Source: an uncultured Gammaproteobacteria bacterium
Lineage (GTDB): Bacteria > Patescibacteriota > Microgenomatia > Daviesbacterales > UBA10151
Direction of reading: 5' to 3'
NCBI GenBank assembly: GCA_964360965.1
Contig: CAYHYM010000002.1
Location: 1,311-65,310 of the forward strand
DNA: 64,000 nucleotides
How positions within the stretch are numbered: position 1 is the stretch's first letter; every line of letters starts with the position of its first letter. A program made the position numbers and the translations under genes. The notes under the pieces are model-generated. The model was not told where the DNA came from. It searched no databases and saw nothing but the letters and a program-made list of their open reading frames with translations. Positions 1-9,535 of this stretch are shown here, one piece after another.

Positions 1-222
1 CAAAAACTCAATGACAAATTGCCTAAATACTTATCAGGGGATACTGCCCTGTCCCATAAAACTGGTGAGATTGGTTTCTATACCCATGATGCAGGCATTG
101 TTTACTCACCAAACGGAGATTATTTGATTATAATTTTATCAGAAAGCGCCTCACCTGCCGCAGCCCAAGAACGGATAGCAACAGTTTCCAAAGCCGTTTA
201 TGATTATTTTATAAAATTATAA
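1..222 (+). CDS. C-terminal fragment of a serine hydrolase (beta-lactamase/PBP-like); the 5' end lies outside the window
   Basis: Reading frame is open from nt 1. KTG motif (SHKTGEIG) typical of serine beta-lactamase/PBP box III. Ends at TAA at 220-222. Confidence 0.4.
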   Translation, partial: QKLNDKLPKYLSGDTALSHKTGEIGFYTHDAGIVYSPNGDYLIIILSESASPAAAQERIATVSKAVYDYFIKL

Positions 223-231
223 GTTGCTTGT

Positions 232-1497
232 TTACCTTCTTAAAATTTTTTCAAACCTGGTGGTATCTTTAAAAGGACCTATTATTTGTAAGTTTATTCT
301 TTCAGAAACAAAAAGCTCCTGGGCCACTTCCTTGATATCATCTGCGCCAACCTCATCAATCTTTTTTAAATAATCATCAAATGATTCCACTTGTCTGTCC
401 AGGACATACTCCGTGCCAAAATATTCTGCCAAAAAATTGGTGGATTCCTGCCTGATGGCCAGTCTGCCTCTGATAATTTCCTTTCCCTTTTTTAACTCAT
501 CATCTGTTACTTTTTCGCTTGCCACTCTTTGCAGTTCTGCCACAATCACCTCCAAGCCCTCCTCAACTTTTTCCAGTTTAAGCCCTGCCGAACTTGCAAA
601 AAAACCAGTATCCTTAAAGGTTTCATGCCCTGCATCTACATGATAAGCCAGTCCTCTTCTCTCTCTAACAGAGATAAAAAGTCTGGAAGACATTCCCTCT
701 CCCAAAATAGTAGCCAAAATTCTGGCAGCATATCTTTTGGAGTTGTAACGGTCGTATCCCTCCACCCCCAAAACTAAATGAACTTGGTCTGTTTTTTTAT
801 AAAAAATATTGACCCTTGGTTTAGTTTGTTTTTTCCTTTTATAGGGATTAAAAGAGTGGGAAGATCTTTTGGGTAGATTTTGGAAAAATTCCCCTGCCAG
901 TTGTCTAATATTTTTAGGTAGCTTGCCGGCATATACCAGCACCATGTTTTGGGGAGAATAAAGATAGTCCATATAAGAAACAAAATCTGCTCTTTTTAAA
1001 GAATTGACAATTTTTTCTTCTCCTCCAATATCCCAACCCAGAGGTTGGTCTCCAAATTGTAATCTTTCATAGAGATCCCACACATAGCGGGTGGGGTTGT
1101 CTCTATACATCCGCAGTTCTTCTATAATTACTCCCTTCTCCCTGCCAATTTCCTCTTCAGCCAACAGTGATTCTTTGAGCATAGATGATAAAATATCTGA
1201 TGCAAGTCCCACATGTTTGGCAGCGGATTTGACCCAATAGACAGTATACTCTTTAGCAGTTCCGGCATTATTGACTGATCCAATACCATCAAGTAAAGTG
1301 GCTATTATTTCAGCAGTCGGGAATTTTGTGGATCCTTTAAAAAACATGTGTTCTAAAAAATGGGAAATGCCGTTTATATTTTTGGTTTCATATCTGGATC
1401 CGGCTCCTACACCTATTAGTGTGGTAACAGAATCAAGATGTGGTAGATCAACAGTTATTAGCGTTAATCCATTTTTTAAAGTAGTTAAATTATGCAT
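232..1497 (-). CDS. M16 family zinc peptidase (insulinase-like)
   Basis: HFLEHMFFKGS inverted zinc-binding motif (HxxEH) near N-terminus. Length 421 aa is typical of M16B. Confidence 0.8.
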   Translation of the reverse strand: MHNLTTLKNGLTLITVDLPHLDSVTTLIGVGAGSRYETKNINGISHFLEHMFFKGSTKFPTAEIIATLLDGIGSVNNAGTAKEYTVYWVKSAAKHVGLASDILSSMLKESLLAEEEIGREKGVIIEELRMYRDNPTRYVWDLYERLQFGDQPLGWDIGGEEKIVNSLKRADFVSYMDYLYSPQNMVLVYAGKLPKNIRQLAGEFFQNLPKRSSHSFNPYKRKKQTKPRVNIFYKKTDQVHLVLGVEGYDRYNSKRYAARILATILGEGMSSRLFISVRERRGLAYHVDAGHETFKDTGFFASSAGLKLEKVEEGLEVIVAELQRVASEKVTDDELKKGKEIIRGRLAIRQESTNFLAEYFGTEYVLDRQVESFDDYLKKIDEVGADDIKEVAQELFVSERINLQIIGPFKDTTRFEKILRR

Positions 1498-2831
1498 TTT
1501 TTAACTTTGGGTCCAGTTGGTGTATCTTCTATTTCAAAGCCCATTTTTTTAATTTTTTTCCTTATCTCATCTGATTTATTAAAATCTCCAGCTTGCCTGG
1601 CGTTTTCTCTTTTTCCCAATAAATCCCTAACCTCCTCAGGAACTTCTAGCGGTTTTCCCAAAATTTGATCCATTCCTAATCCCAAAATTTGATCCATTTT
1701 TAAAAGAGATTCTGCTTTGGCAGAGGTGGGATAACCAGATTTTACCATATCCCAAATGATAGCCAAAGCCTGGGGGGTATTTAAATCATTATTAACAGCT
1801 TCCATAAATTTTTGTTCATATTCAGCACAGCCTACTTTTACCTCTTTCCATTCTCTTATAGTTTCTCTTAAATTGTTTAAGGCATTTTGGGCAGCCCCTA
1901 AAGATTCCCAGGTAAAATTTAATTTATCCCTATAATGAGCAGTTAAACAAAGGTAGCGAAAACTTAAAGGGTCAAAACCTTTATCTTCCAAATCCTGTAG
2001 TCTATAAAAATTCCCGGCAGATTTTGCCATTTTCTGTCCATCAACTAAAAGATGCTCTCCTTCCACAAAAAAGTTGACAAATTTTTTGCCTGTTTTACCT
2101 TCACTCTGGGCAATTTCATTTTCGTGGTGGGGAAAAAGTAAATCTATTCCACCAGCATGTATATCAAAGGATTGACCCAAATATTCCTGGCTCATGACCG
2201 AACACTCAATATGCCAGCCAGGCCTGCCTCTTCCCCAGGATGAGTCATAACCCACCTCATCTGGTTTTACTGATTTCCATAAAGCAAAATCTTGGACATC
2301 ATCTTTTGAGTATTCATCTGACAAAATTCTGGTGCCACTTTTTAGCTCCCTCTTTTCAACACCGGATAATTTTCCATAATCAGGAAACTTTGAAATATCA
2401 AAATAAATCGAGCCATCTTTTTCCATATAAGCCAAACCATTTTCAAGCAAAACCTCTATGTATTTGATCATATGTCCGATGTGTTCTGTAGCCTTTGGAT
2501 AAACATTGGCAGATTTGATATTTAGTCTTGCCAAATCCTCAAAAAAAGCTTGTTCAAACGGCTTGGAAAATTCATTGATCCCCAGTCCCTTCTCCTTTGC
2601 CCCTTTGATAATCTTGTCTTCAATATCAGTAATGTTCATCACCCGATTTACAACATATTCATCAGTTTCCAAAACCCGTTTCAGGATATCCTCAAAAATA
2701 AAAGTCCGCAAATTGCCTATGTGGGCAAAATCATAAGTGGTAGGACCACAGGTATACAGACCCACTTTGGGTGGACTCAGGGGTTTAAATTCTTCTATAT
2801 TCCGAGTGAGAAAATTATAAAGTTTAAGCAC
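1485..2831 (-). CDS. cysS: cysteinyl-tRNA synthetase
   Basis: Class I motifs HIGN (HIGH) and KMAKSAGN (KMSKS). CGPTTYD N-terminal signature of CysRS. Confidence 0.9.
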   Translation of the reverse strand: MLKLYNFLTRNIEEFKPLSPPKVGLYTCGPTTYDFAHIGNLRTFIFEDILKRVLETDEYVVNRVMNITDIEDKIIKGAKEKGLGINEFSKPFEQAFFEDLARLNIKSANVYPKATEHIGHMIKYIEVLLENGLAYMEKDGSIYFDISKFPDYGKLSGVEKRELKSGTRILSDEYSKDDVQDFALWKSVKPDEVGYDSSWGRGRPGWHIECSVMSQEYLGQSFDIHAGGIDLLFPHHENEIAQSEGKTGKKFVNFFVEGEHLLVDGQKMAKSAGNFYRLQDLEDKGFDPLSFRYLCLTAHYRDKLNFTWESLGAAQNALNNLRETIREWKEVKVGCAEYEQKFMEAVNNDLNTPQALAIIWDMVKSGYPTSAKAESLLKMDQILGLGMDQILGKPLEVPEEVRDLLGKRENARQAGDFNKSDEIRKKIKKMGFEIEDTPTGPKVKKCII

Positions 2832-2849
2832 AGCCTAAATTGTAAAGGT

Positions 2850-4091
2850 TTATGATGTGTTTTTAAAGAGGTTGTTTGCAAATTCTTTAGCCCAATCTTC
2901 AGCTTGTCTATCTGTCAGTGTAATACTGACAATGTGAGATGATGTCTCTTTAGCAACACATCCCTTATCTATTTTGCTAACTAATAGTCTAACCTCTTTT
3001 TCACTAGCCACTCCATGACTGGAAATTAGTGGTCCCACTTGAGTTTGGAATTCAGCCATATTAGGAATCTCCTCACCCATGGCTTTTTTAATACAAATGC
3101 CTAAAAATGTATGAAAAGAATCTATATAAACTTGCCTTAAGTTACCTGGTGGTAATGTCCAGATACAGCTTTGAGGTAAAAAATCGCTTCTGAATCTTAG
3201 GTCAGCATCTCTAAAAAAAGCTGGTCTGTTAAAATTGGCAAAATTAATGGCTGCTACTCCCAAAAGTGCCGCCCCTTTATCCTCTGTGATTAAAGGAAAC
3301 TCCACAAAAGGAGATTGTCCTCCCATAAAATCCCATGCCATTGACCGTTCGATCTCGGCCCTCCTTTGAGTTTGAAAATGACCTCCCCCCCTGGTATCAA
3401 CGGCCAAAATAGGAGCAACCTTATGTCCCAGAGCGGCAAAGGCTCCTGTGATATCTTGAGCTGCTCTACCAGAAATTACCGTATCTATCAACACTATCTG
3501 ACTATTTTGAACACCTTGATAATTTTTTAGCTCTGCCACAATTTCGCCGGGGCTCAATTTTTGATCATCATGAAGCTCTCTTTGCATCTTACCCATCAAG
3601 AAATAATACCACCCAAGATCTTCCGGGTATTCCTTGCCTAAAGAGACCAGATCCAAAAATGCTCTGGCACAAGATTCGCGCAGTTTTCTGGCCAGCCATT
3701 CTTCTCCATTTTTCTCGTAAGATACATCAGCAGTAAAAGGGTAAAGTACCACATCTACCTGACTCTCGTCCGATTGATTATGTTGGATAATTCTCCCATC
3801 TGATAAAAATTCAAATACTCTTTTGGGATAATAATTGGTCTGTGAAGGATCTACCAAGGGATGAACTTCATCAAGAGATTTTAGAGCCTGATGAGCCAAT
3901 AAAAAAATTGGTACTGCTCCACGGGAAGGAATCAAAACAACAGGTTTTTTCCCTGCTGAAATGATGTTTTCAGTAATGGTGTGAAACCTCACGGCCACTT
4001 CTTCACAACCGGTGATATATTCACCAATAGACTGTTCTGACAATTCTGGTTCTCTAAATATAACTCCCTGTTCAGTTTTTATTTCACTCAT
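2850..4091 (-). CDS. hypothetical protein with a phosphoribosyltransferase-like nucleotide-binding motif
   Basis: Long ORF, 413 aa. VLIDTVISGRAAQ resembles the PRTase PRPP-binding loop. No other recognisable signature. Confidence 0.45.
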   Translation of the reverse strand: MSEIKTEQGVIFREPELSEQSIGEYITGCEEVAVRFHTITENIISAGKKPVVLIPSRGAVPIFLLAHQALKSLDEVHPLVDPSQTNYYPKRVFEFLSDGRIIQHNQSDESQVDVVLYPFTADVSYEKNGEEWLARKLRESCARAFLDLVSLGKEYPEDLGWYYFLMGKMQRELHDDQKLSPGEIVAELKNYQGVQNSQIVLIDTVISGRAAQDITGAFAALGHKVAPILAVDTRGGGHFQTQRRAEIERSMAWDFMGGQSPFVEFPLITEDKGAALLGVAAINFANFNRPAFFRDADLRFRSDFLPQSCIWTLPPGNLRQVYIDSFHTFLGICIKKAMGEEIPNMAEFQTQVGPLISSHGVASEKEVRLLVSKIDKGCVAKETSSHIVSITLTDRQAEDWAKEFANNLFKNTS

Positions 4092-4093
4092 AG

Positions 4094-4504
4094 TTAGCCA
4101 CCTACACCCCTGCCCATTTTTCGCTCAGCTAAGGTTCTGGCCCGAACTTCTTCCGGAAGAGGCTGTTTTTTCTTTTGTACCTCAAGCTGTTTGACCTGTT
4201 TCTTCTCTTGTTCTTGCTTGTCCCGAGCAATGTCAAGGGATTGCTGTTTTTCCCTGACTTTTCTTTGAGCCTCATCCAAATTTTTCCACCAGGCAATTTT
4301 TCTTCTGACCTCGGCCAATCCTTTCTGTTCCTGCTGCTGTTTTAAAAAGCTCTGCCTGGGGGTAAGTTTTGGTTGTGGCGGACCGGAGAAAACAGTCTGC
4401 GCTCCGATCTCAATGGCTTTACCCAGCTCATCAGCTGCAGGTTTTATTACAGCTTCCCCAATATCTTGCGGCAGTTGTCTAATAAATCCTTTGGAGTTTG
4501 GCAT
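4094..4504 (-). CDS. hypothetical charged, coiled-coil-rich protein
   Basis: ORF in the same orientation as the array. K/E/Q-rich C-terminal half. Confidence 0.45.
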   Translation of the reverse strand: MPNSKGFIRQLPQDIGEAVIKPAADELGKAIEIGAQTVFSGPPQPKLTPRQSFLKQQQEQKGLAEVRRKIAWWKNLDEAQRKVREKQQSLDIARDKQEQEKKQVKQLEVQKKKQPLPEEVRARTLAERKMGRGVGG

Positions 4505-4506
4505 AT

Positions 4507-5811
4507 TTAATTCTTTAACCCTTCCAGCAGTCCGGTAAATTTTTTGATATTTTCTGCTGAATTCTCAATTGGTCCCTGAATGGTTAAATTCAGTTTACTA
4601 AAATCCCAATATTTTTTCATAAAATTCATAATATCTTTCTTACTTACTCTTTCTATCATCTTAGCATATTCATCAGGTGTGTAAATTTTATCTTCCCATA
4701 ATAGATCACCCTCAATCCAACTGGCAATATTACCTGGATGATCAAACTGCATTAGTATTTGATTAACAGTATAATTTTTGGCAAAATTTAATTCTTCCTC
4801 TGTAGGACCATTTTCCAAAAAAGAAGTTAGTTCTTTTATGATCAGCTCCATCACTTCCTCTACCTTGTCAGGTGCTGTTTGGGTGGAGATATAAACATAG
4901 GCAAAATGTTCATAGGTAGTTGCTCCCATATCCACTCCATAAACTAAACCTCGCTGCAACCTTAATAATCTATACAACCTGCTTACCCTAAGTCTCCCTA
5001 AAATACTTCTGGCTATAGACTGAGGAACTTGCTTGAGGATTCCTTCAGAATCAGGGATGGTGGAAAAGCTTAAATCAATATAACAAGTATTTAAAGTTCT
5101 ATCCTCTCTAATAGCCACCCGTCTTCCTGTTAAATCCTTGTTAGTCAATTTGGGAAATCCGGGAAAAGTTTTACCAGGGAGATATTTGCTAAAAAACTTG
5201 TCTATTAACTCTTCAATAATACTGGTATCAAATCCCCCCACCACTACCAGATAGGTATTTTTAGGGTGAAAAAAAATAGACCAAAAATTAACTAGATCTT
5301 TTTTCTGTAATTTTTTAATTATCTCTTCTGATCCACCACTATCAAGTAAGAAAGGATGCCCTTTTTTATATCTTACTGATGAGAAAAATCTGCCTCTTTT
5401 ATACCAATCAGTACCCTGTCTTTGCCAAATTTCCTCCAGGATTGCCCCTCTTTCTTTTTCTATTCCTGTCTCTGGGAAAAGGGGCTTAAAAAACACTTCG
5501 TGTGAAACTTTTAACATATCCTCTAAATGATTTGCCGGACCATTAATATAAAACCTGATCATCTGCGGAGCAGTCATGGCATTAAAACTACCTGCCAAAC
5601 CCTCAATAAAGTTATAGATAGCTTCACTACTGCCAAAAGTAGGGGTACCTTCTATTAAAATATGCTCCATGAAATGAGCCAAGCCTGAAGTTTTAGGGGT
5701 ATCAAAAATTGAACCACCCTTAACAGACTCACTGATAAAAACAGACTTCATCTGTGGAATTGAATAAGTGGCAACTTTTAATCCATTTTTTAAAGTAAAA
5801 GTTTTTAACAT
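4507..5811 (-). CDS. M16 family zinc peptidase, second copy
   Basis: HFMEHILIEGT HxxEH motif. 434 aa. Paired with the upstream M16 gene, as M16 A/B subunits often are. Confidence 0.8.
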   Translation of the reverse strand: MLKTFTLKNGLKVATYSIPQMKSVFISESVKGGSIFDTPKTSGLAHFMEHILIEGTPTFGSSEAIYNFIEGLAGSFNAMTAPQMIRFYINGPANHLEDMLKVSHEVFFKPLFPETGIEKERGAILEEIWQRQGTDWYKRGRFFSSVRYKKGHPFLLDSGGSEEIIKKLQKKDLVNFWSIFFHPKNTYLVVVGGFDTSIIEELIDKFFSKYLPGKTFPGFPKLTNKDLTGRRVAIREDRTLNTCYIDLSFSTIPDSEGILKQVPQSIARSILGRLRVSRLYRLLRLQRGLVYGVDMGATTYEHFAYVYISTQTAPDKVEEVMELIIKELTSFLENGPTEEELNFAKNYTVNQILMQFDHPGNIASWIEGDLLWEDKIYTPDEYAKMIERVSKKDIMNFMKKYWDFSKLNLTIQGPIENSAENIKKFTGLLEGLKN

Positions 5812-6408
5812 TCAGTATTCTTTTCTTCCTTCCAGGGCGCGAGAAAGGGTTGTTTCATCAGCATACTCCAAATCTGATCCCACAGGCAGCCCCCTGGCAA
5901 TCCTGGTTACCATTATTCCCAAAGGGGATATTAATCTTTGGATATACATGGCAGTTGCCTCTCCCTCCATAGTAGGATTGGTGGCCAGAATTATCTCTTT
6001 TACCTTTCCATTTTTGAGCCTCGGTAAAAGCTCCCTTATATGAATTTCATCAGGCCCTATATTTTCCAGAGGGGAAATAACACCATGAAGAACATGATAC
6101 AATCCCTTGTAGTTGGCTTTCTCAAGCGCCAAAACATCTAAGGGGTTTTCCACAATCATTATCACGGACTTATCACGTCCTTCATCTGAACAAATATTAC
6201 AAGGATCCTCTTCTCCAATATTAAAACAGGTTGAGCAAAGAACTGTTCTTTCTTTCATCTGGACTGCTGCATCAGCCAAACTTTCAGCTTCTTCAATAGG
6301 AGCATGAAGTAAATAAAAGGTTAACCTTTGGGCAGTTTTTGGTCCAATCCCCGGCAGTCTTTCAAAAGCTTCGATTAAATTCTGTACACTCTTTGGAACC
6401 CTGGCCAT
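5812..6408 (-). CDS. recR: recombination protein RecR
   Basis: C4 zinc finger CSTCFNIGEEDPCNICSD followed by a Toprim domain. N-terminal HhH (GIGPKTAQR). Confidence 0.9.
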   Translation of the reverse strand: MARVPKSVQNLIEAFERLPGIGPKTAQRLTFYLLHAPIEEAESLADAAVQMKERTVLCSTCFNIGEEDPCNICSDEGRDKSVIMIVENPLDVLALEKANYKGLYHVLHGVISPLENIGPDEIHIRELLPRLKNGKVKEIILATNPTMEGEATAMYIQRLISPLGIMVTRIARGLPVGSDLEYADETTLSRALEGRKEY

Positions 6409-6424
6409 GTTGTGGCCAATTGTA

Positions 6425-6748
6425 TCACATCCCGGGGATGCCTAAACCGCCCATCATGGGTTTCATCTCTTCAGCTGCTACTTTTTGGGATTGTTTTAAA
6501 GCCTCATTAACTGCTTCTGTCACTTTTTGCGGATCCACTAGCCCTGAGCTAGCTTGCCCTGAGCCTGTCGAAGGGGTCGAAGGGTCTCCGGAAATTGACT
6601 GCACTTTTTGATCTGCTGTCATCACCACAGTTACCCCCCGATGTTCCACAGTAATTTTGATCATGGCCAATTTTTTTTGCATTTCCATGGCCTGATTCCG
6701 CATTTTTTTTAAATCACCCAACTGCTTTAAATTATCAAAAATTCCCAT
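6425..6748 (-). CDS. ybaB: nucleoid-associated protein YbaB/EbfC, carrying an in-frame low-complexity insert
   Basis: MGIFDNLKQLGDLKKMRNQAMEMQKKL matches the YbaB N-terminus. Conserved dnaX-ybaB-recR neighbourhood. Confidence 0.85.
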   Translation of the reverse strand: MGIFDNLKQLGDLKKMRNQAMEMQKKLAMIKITVEHRGVTVVMTADQKVQSISGDPSTPSTGSGQASSGLVDPQKVTEAVNEALKQSQKVAAEEMKPMMGGLGIPGM

Positions 6749-6766
6749 GGTATTATTTTAAAATTG

Positions 6767-7495
6767 TTATTGATATTGTTCAATTGCCAATTTTTTGGCT
6801 TCTTCCAAAATTTTTTCCTCACCGGGCAAAATTAGCCTTTGGGTTCTTTTAAAAGATGTTACCCCTCCATTTTGCACTTTTTGCCAAAAATCAATCTGCA
6901 ACTGATGCTCAACTGGCAATACCCTCTTTTGTAATGTTTCAGGGCTGTCATTATCCAAAATTTCCACCTGATGAGTCATCAAAAGTTCTCCCTGATCATA
7001 CTTCTTATTGACCTGATGAATGGTAGCTTCTGTTTGGAAGGGTCTTTTGATTCTTCTTGCAAAATTTAAAACTGCAGCGTGAACCCTTATTCCATACATT
7101 CCCACTCCCCCAAAATCAGGATAGCCTGGATCCAAGGGGCCTGGATGCTGATTAACAATTCTACCTTCAAACTGCTCAACCACATTTTCCGGAGTTAAAA
7201 CCATCCAGCCGTTTTGTGAAACCCAATTAACTTGATACTGGGCAAATTTATCAAGTAGAACCTGGCCATAACTTAAACGAGAAGCTTCCATATCCTCCAC
7301 CCCATCTTTTACCACCTTATATGGTGCTCTGGGCACAATCTCCACCTCCACCATCAATTTTTGAGCTTTTTCTACCACAGCTGCATCTTTATTATTGGTT
7401 ACCACCAACGCCACATCTACCTTCTTAGATTTGATAATGGCCTCAGTAGTGGTGCCTGAACCTGATGCCAAAATGGCCAACCTGATCTTTTCCAT
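6767..7495 (-). CDS. formyltransferase family protein (PurN/GART-like)
   Basis: N-terminal ILASGSGTT Rossmann start. NQHPGPLDP aligns with the PurN NIHPSLLP motif. Aligns with the PurN catalytic HxSLLP segment; no Asp-containing motif could be confirmed by eye. Confidence 0.55.
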   Translation of the reverse strand: MEKIRLAILASGSGTTTEAIIKSKKVDVALVVTNNKDAAVVEKAQKLMVEVEIVPRAPYKVVKDGVEDMEASRLSYGQVLLDKFAQYQVNWVSQNGWMVLTPENVVEQFEGRIVNQHPGPLDPGYPDFGGVGMYGIRVHAAVLNFARRIKRPFQTEATIHQVNKKYDQGELLMTHQVEILDNDSPETLQKRVLPVEHQLQIDFWQKVQNGGVTSFKRTQRLILPGEEKILEEAKKLAIEQYQ

Positions 7496-7504
7496 AATAG
7501 AATT

Positions 7505-9061
7505 CTAATCTATCAGTTTTCCTTCAAAGATTTCAGAGGCTACTCTAATTACTTCATCATCAGCAGCCACCTCCACATTGGCCACATCTTCCAATTTTTG
7601 AGGCCTGGCGCCCAAAACTGTGGACACCTTAATAGATTTTCCCAAAACATCTGAAAAGACTGATTCCAAAAGATCCCTGGACTTTGGCGCCTCCAATATT
7701 CTTTGATGAAAAGAATAGGGAACTTCCAAAATTACCATACCATCAGAGGCATCACTAACTTTAACTGAACGAAGCAGAGCCTCCAAAGAAAAATTAAAAG
7801 GACGGATGGTTTCTAAAACAAAACTCCATTTTTCTTTAAGCTTTAGGATATCAGGGGAATCAGAATTTGACGGTGGATGATTTATTTTTACTTCGTCATT
7901 CTGGAGGGATGTACCATCTCGGTACGTCCCGATAGAATCTTCCATAGATGCTATCGGTCGCTTCGCTCCCTCCAGCATGACAGAGGATTCGTTTTCGCAT
8001 ATTTCCACCACTGCCAGCTCCAGCGGCAGAGCAGGAATTGAGGCAAACTTCATTTTTTCCAAAGCTTGCTGTAAGGTATTCAAAGCGCCAGCCAAATAGT
8101 TGATGCTTAATTTATCTGCCAGATTGTCAAGCAGTTGGTATTGATCTTTTGGATACTCGAGCTCAACCAAACTTTCCCCCAGATCATGTTTGATAAGCAG
8201 GAGTTTTCGCAAGATATTAAGCATCTCCAAATTAAGCTGCCTTGCATCTACTCCCACCTCTAGTTGTCTGGTAATCTCCAATATGGCAGCTTTAACATCA
8301 TTTGAGGCTATTTTCTCAACTGTGCTAAATGCCTCTTCAAACCTGACTACTTGTAAAACCCCTACCACTAAAGCTGCCGTAATTTTGCCCTCCATGCTTG
8401 ATGCCTGATCTAACAGTTTTACTCCATCTCTAAAACTGCCATCTGAGGCTCTGGCCAGAATTTGTAAGGCCTCATCATCTATATCAATTTTTTCATCTTT
8501 GGCCACTTTTTGTAAAAGCGATAAAAGCTCCGGAACAGTGGCCAGTTTAAAATCCAGCCTTTGCACTCGGGATAAAATTGTGGCCGGTATTTTTTCTCCT
8601 TGAGTGGTGGCCAAAATAAAAAGGGCGTGAGTAGGGGGTTCTTCCAGAGTTTTTAAAAGGGCATTTAAAGCCTCTTGAGTTAACATATGCACCTCATCAA
8701 TGATGTAAACTTTTCTTTTGGCGCTGCTTGGTAAAAGTTTTACATTTTCCCGCAAGGCCCTGATATCATCTATTCCCCTGTTGGAAGCAGCATCAATTTC
8801 TATCAGGTCCAGATTAGATCCATCTGTAATAGATGAACAAGTAGAACATTTATTACAAGGAACATTCTGCTTTGCAGAACAATTTACCATTTTGGCCAAA
8901 ATTCGGGCTGTTGATGTTTTACCGCTGCCGCGAGGTCCTACCAAAAGATAGGCATGGGAAAGTTTTCCAGTCAAATATGCTGACTTTAGGTTTTTTTTAA
9001 CATGATCCTGACCAGCCAGAGCATCAAGAGTTTGCGGGCGGTATTTTAAATAAAGTGTCAT
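7505..9061 (-). CDS. dnaX: DNA polymerase III subunit gamma/tau
   Basis: Walker A GPRGSGKTSTARILAK. Zinc module CSAKQNVPCNKCSTCSS. Contains an 87-bp in-frame palindromic insert at 7895-7981. Confidence 0.9.
   Translation of the reverse strand: MTLYLKYRPQTLDALAGQDHVKKNLKSAYLTGKLSHAYLLVGPRGSGKTSTARILAKMVNCSAKQNVPCNKCSTCSSITDGSNLDLIEIDAASNRGIDDIRALRENVKLLPSSAKRKVYIIDEVHMLTQEALNALLKTLEEPPTHALFILATTQGEKIPATILSRVQRLDFKLATVPELLSLLQKVAKDEKIDIDDEALQILARASDGSFRDGVKLLDQASSMEGKITAALVVGVLQVVRFEEAFSTVEKIASNDVKAAILEITRQLEVGVDARQLNLEMLNILRKLLLIKHDLGESLVELEYPKDQYQLLDNLADKLSINYLAGALNTLQQALEKMKFASIPALPLELAVVEICENESSVMLEGAKRPIASMEDSIGTYRDGTSLQNDEVKINHPPSNSDSPDILKLKEKWSFVLETIRPFNFSLEALLRSVKVSDASDGMVILEVPYSFHQRILEAPKSRDLLESVFSDVLGKSIKVSTVLGARPQKLEDVANVEVAADDEVIRVASEIFEGKLID
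7895..7981. repeat. 87-bp palindromic element with 15-bp GTCATTCTGGAGGGA terminal inverted repeats, inserted in-frame in dnaX
   Basis: Left end gtcattctggaggga. Right end tccctccagcatgac (reverse complement gtcatgctggaggga). Internal cccgatagaatc / gatgctatcggtcg pairing. Confidence 0.8.
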
Positions 9062-9447
9062 TGGTGATGAATTCCTAACAGATGATCTACTCCGTGTTCC
9101 ACTAAATCTTTAATTTCATCTTCCACTGAAATTCCGTCCAAGCTGGCATCTTCCAAAGCTTGAGCATAAGAGATGACAATATCCCCCAATCTTAACCACC
9201 TGTCAGGAGAGGACACAAAACCTACTGGATTTGGATCTTCCAAGGCAAAAGATAAAATGTCAGCTGTTGAGTCAATCCCTCTATATTTTCGATTTAGCTC
9301 ATGCATCTTACGATCGCCTATGATGCTAACACCGATCTCTACTCTACCCGTTACTCTGTGTTTTTTCAACGAGTCTATTATTGCATCTTTAATGGCATCC
9401 CTGTTAATATTATATCTCGGATCGGAAGAAACAATAATATTTATCAT
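9058..9447 (-). CDS. ybeY: rRNA maturation endoribonuclease YbeY
   Basis: Metal-binding H3 motif VEHGVDHLLGIHH. 129 aa. Confidence 0.85.
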   Translation of the reverse strand: MINIIVSSDPRYNINRDAIKDAIIDSLKKHRVTGRVEIGVSIIGDRKMHELNRKYRGIDSTADILSFALEDPNPVGFVSSPDRWLRLGDIVISYAQALEDASLDGISVEDEIKDLVEHGVDHLLGIHHQ

Positions 9448-9455
9448 ATTCCTTT

Positions 9456-9535
9456 GTCATTCCGGACTTGATCCGGAATCTATATAATTATTTGTATGGA
9501 TCCTGAATCAAGTTCAGGATGACACTAGGGTGTCA
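9456..9535. repeat. intergenic GTCAT-family palindromic element (nested hairpins)
   Basis: gtcattccggacttgatccggaatc ... cctgaatcaagttcaggatgacactagggtgtca. Related copy at 11271-11301. Confidence 0.7.

Noticed and set aside
5768-6611. Plus-strand ORFs (60-91 aa) antisense to recR and ybaB
   Set aside because: Antisense to conserved genes, with low-complexity translation.
7895-7981. In-frame palindromic inserts considered as assembly or sequencing artefacts
   Set aside because: Each preserves the host reading frame exactly and the copies differ in sequence, which fits genuine genomic elements. Confirmation would still need read-level data.
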